Source: Hypanus sabinus (taxonomy: Eukaryota). Taken from it: a stretch of DNA of 64,000 nt. The number at the start of each line of letters is the position of its first letter. Within the stretch, counting starts at the first letter, position 1. The notes under the pieces are model-generated. The model was not told where the DNA came from. It saw only the letters and a program-made list of their open reading frames with translations, and made no database searches. Shown one piece after another: positions 63,101 through 64,000 of this stretch. The translations under genes and the position numbers were made by a program. The stretch covers positions 81,964,001 through 82,028,000 of the forward strand of contig NC_082721.1 in assembly GCF_030144855.1 (NCBI RefSeq), written 5' to 3'.

Positions 63101-64000
63101 ATCTACATATTGAATCAGGAATCCTTCCCAGAGAGCATACTGATTACGTCAGGAACCTTCACCACCCATAACATGCTCTCTTCTTGCAGTGCTATCAGGA
63201 AGAAGGTACAGGAGCCTCAGGACTCACACTACTCTGTCCAGGTTCAGTTATTACCCCTCAACCATCGGGCTCTTGAACCAAAGGGGTTAACTTGACTCAA
63301 CTTAACCTGGCCATCACTGAAACGTTTCCACTAACAATGGACTCACTTTCACGGACTCTTCATCTTATGTTCTCAATATTAATTTCTTATTTATTTATTT
63401 ATTTATTATTGTTATTATTTCTTCTTTTTGTACTTGCACAGTCTATTGTCGTCTGCACATTGGCTGAACACCCTAGTTAGGTGGTCTTTTATTGATTCTG
63501 TTATGGTGATCATTAAATAGATTTATTGAGTATGCCCACAAGAAAATGTATTTCAAGGTTGTAAATGGTGACATATATATACTTGGATAATTACTTTGAA
63601 TTTTGAAATTTGAAGTAGGCAGAGTGGGGTAGGGTGGTTCTGTTGGTAAAAATGAAATCAAATCCTTAGAAAGAGGTGACATAGGTTCGGAATATGTAGA
63701 ATCCTTGTGGGTTGATTTAGGAAACAGCAAGGGTAAAACAATCTTGATGAGAGTTATATACAAGCCTCTGAACAGTAGACTGGATATGAGATATAATTTA
63801 CAATGGAAGATTTAAAAAAGGCATGTAAAAATGGTCACGTAATAATAGTCATGATGATTTCAATATGCAGGCAGATTGAAAAAAAATTAGGTTGGTGCTG
63901 GATCCTAAGAGAGCAAATTTGTAGAATTCCCACAAATTTTAGGGGTATTTAGATCAGCTTGTGGTTGAGCCCATTAGGGGAATAACAATTCTGGAATGGT

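Overview
Eukaryotic vertebrate genomic DNA, most likely a cartilaginous fish such as a ray or skate. That assignment is inferred from the repeat content (CR1 LINEs, HE1/V-type SINEs, Penelope-like repeats) and is not proven. The window holds five complete spliced genes, rebuilt exon by exon with consistent intron phases: DHPS (+, 9 coding exons, 370 aa), WDR83/MORG1 (-, 9 exons, 316 aa), WDR83OS/Asterix (+, 4 exons, 101 aa), ALKBH7 (+, 4 exons, 244 aa) and a GDNF-family ligand, most likely persephin PSPN (-, 2 exons, 195 aa). The genes are tightly interlocked. The WDR83 and WDR83OS start codons are 73 bp apart head-to-head, the DHPS and WDR83 3' ends nearly abut, and the ALKBH7 and PSPN 3' ends probably overlap. 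Introns carry a 35-bp minisatellite of about 59 copies, a hAT MITE with a perfect 8-bp TSD, and a three-level nest in ALKBH7 intron 2 (a Gmr1-like gag-protease-only LTR element inside a solo LTR inside a Tigger-like MITE). About nine Penelope-derived repeats share a consensus that reads as a minimal dimer-type hammerhead ribozyme. Two non-canonical splice sites are required by homology: a GC donor in DHPS and a GAG acceptor in ALKBH7. Most short ORFs in the supplied track are repeat-derived or spurious. No gene was recognised in 54.4-64 kb.
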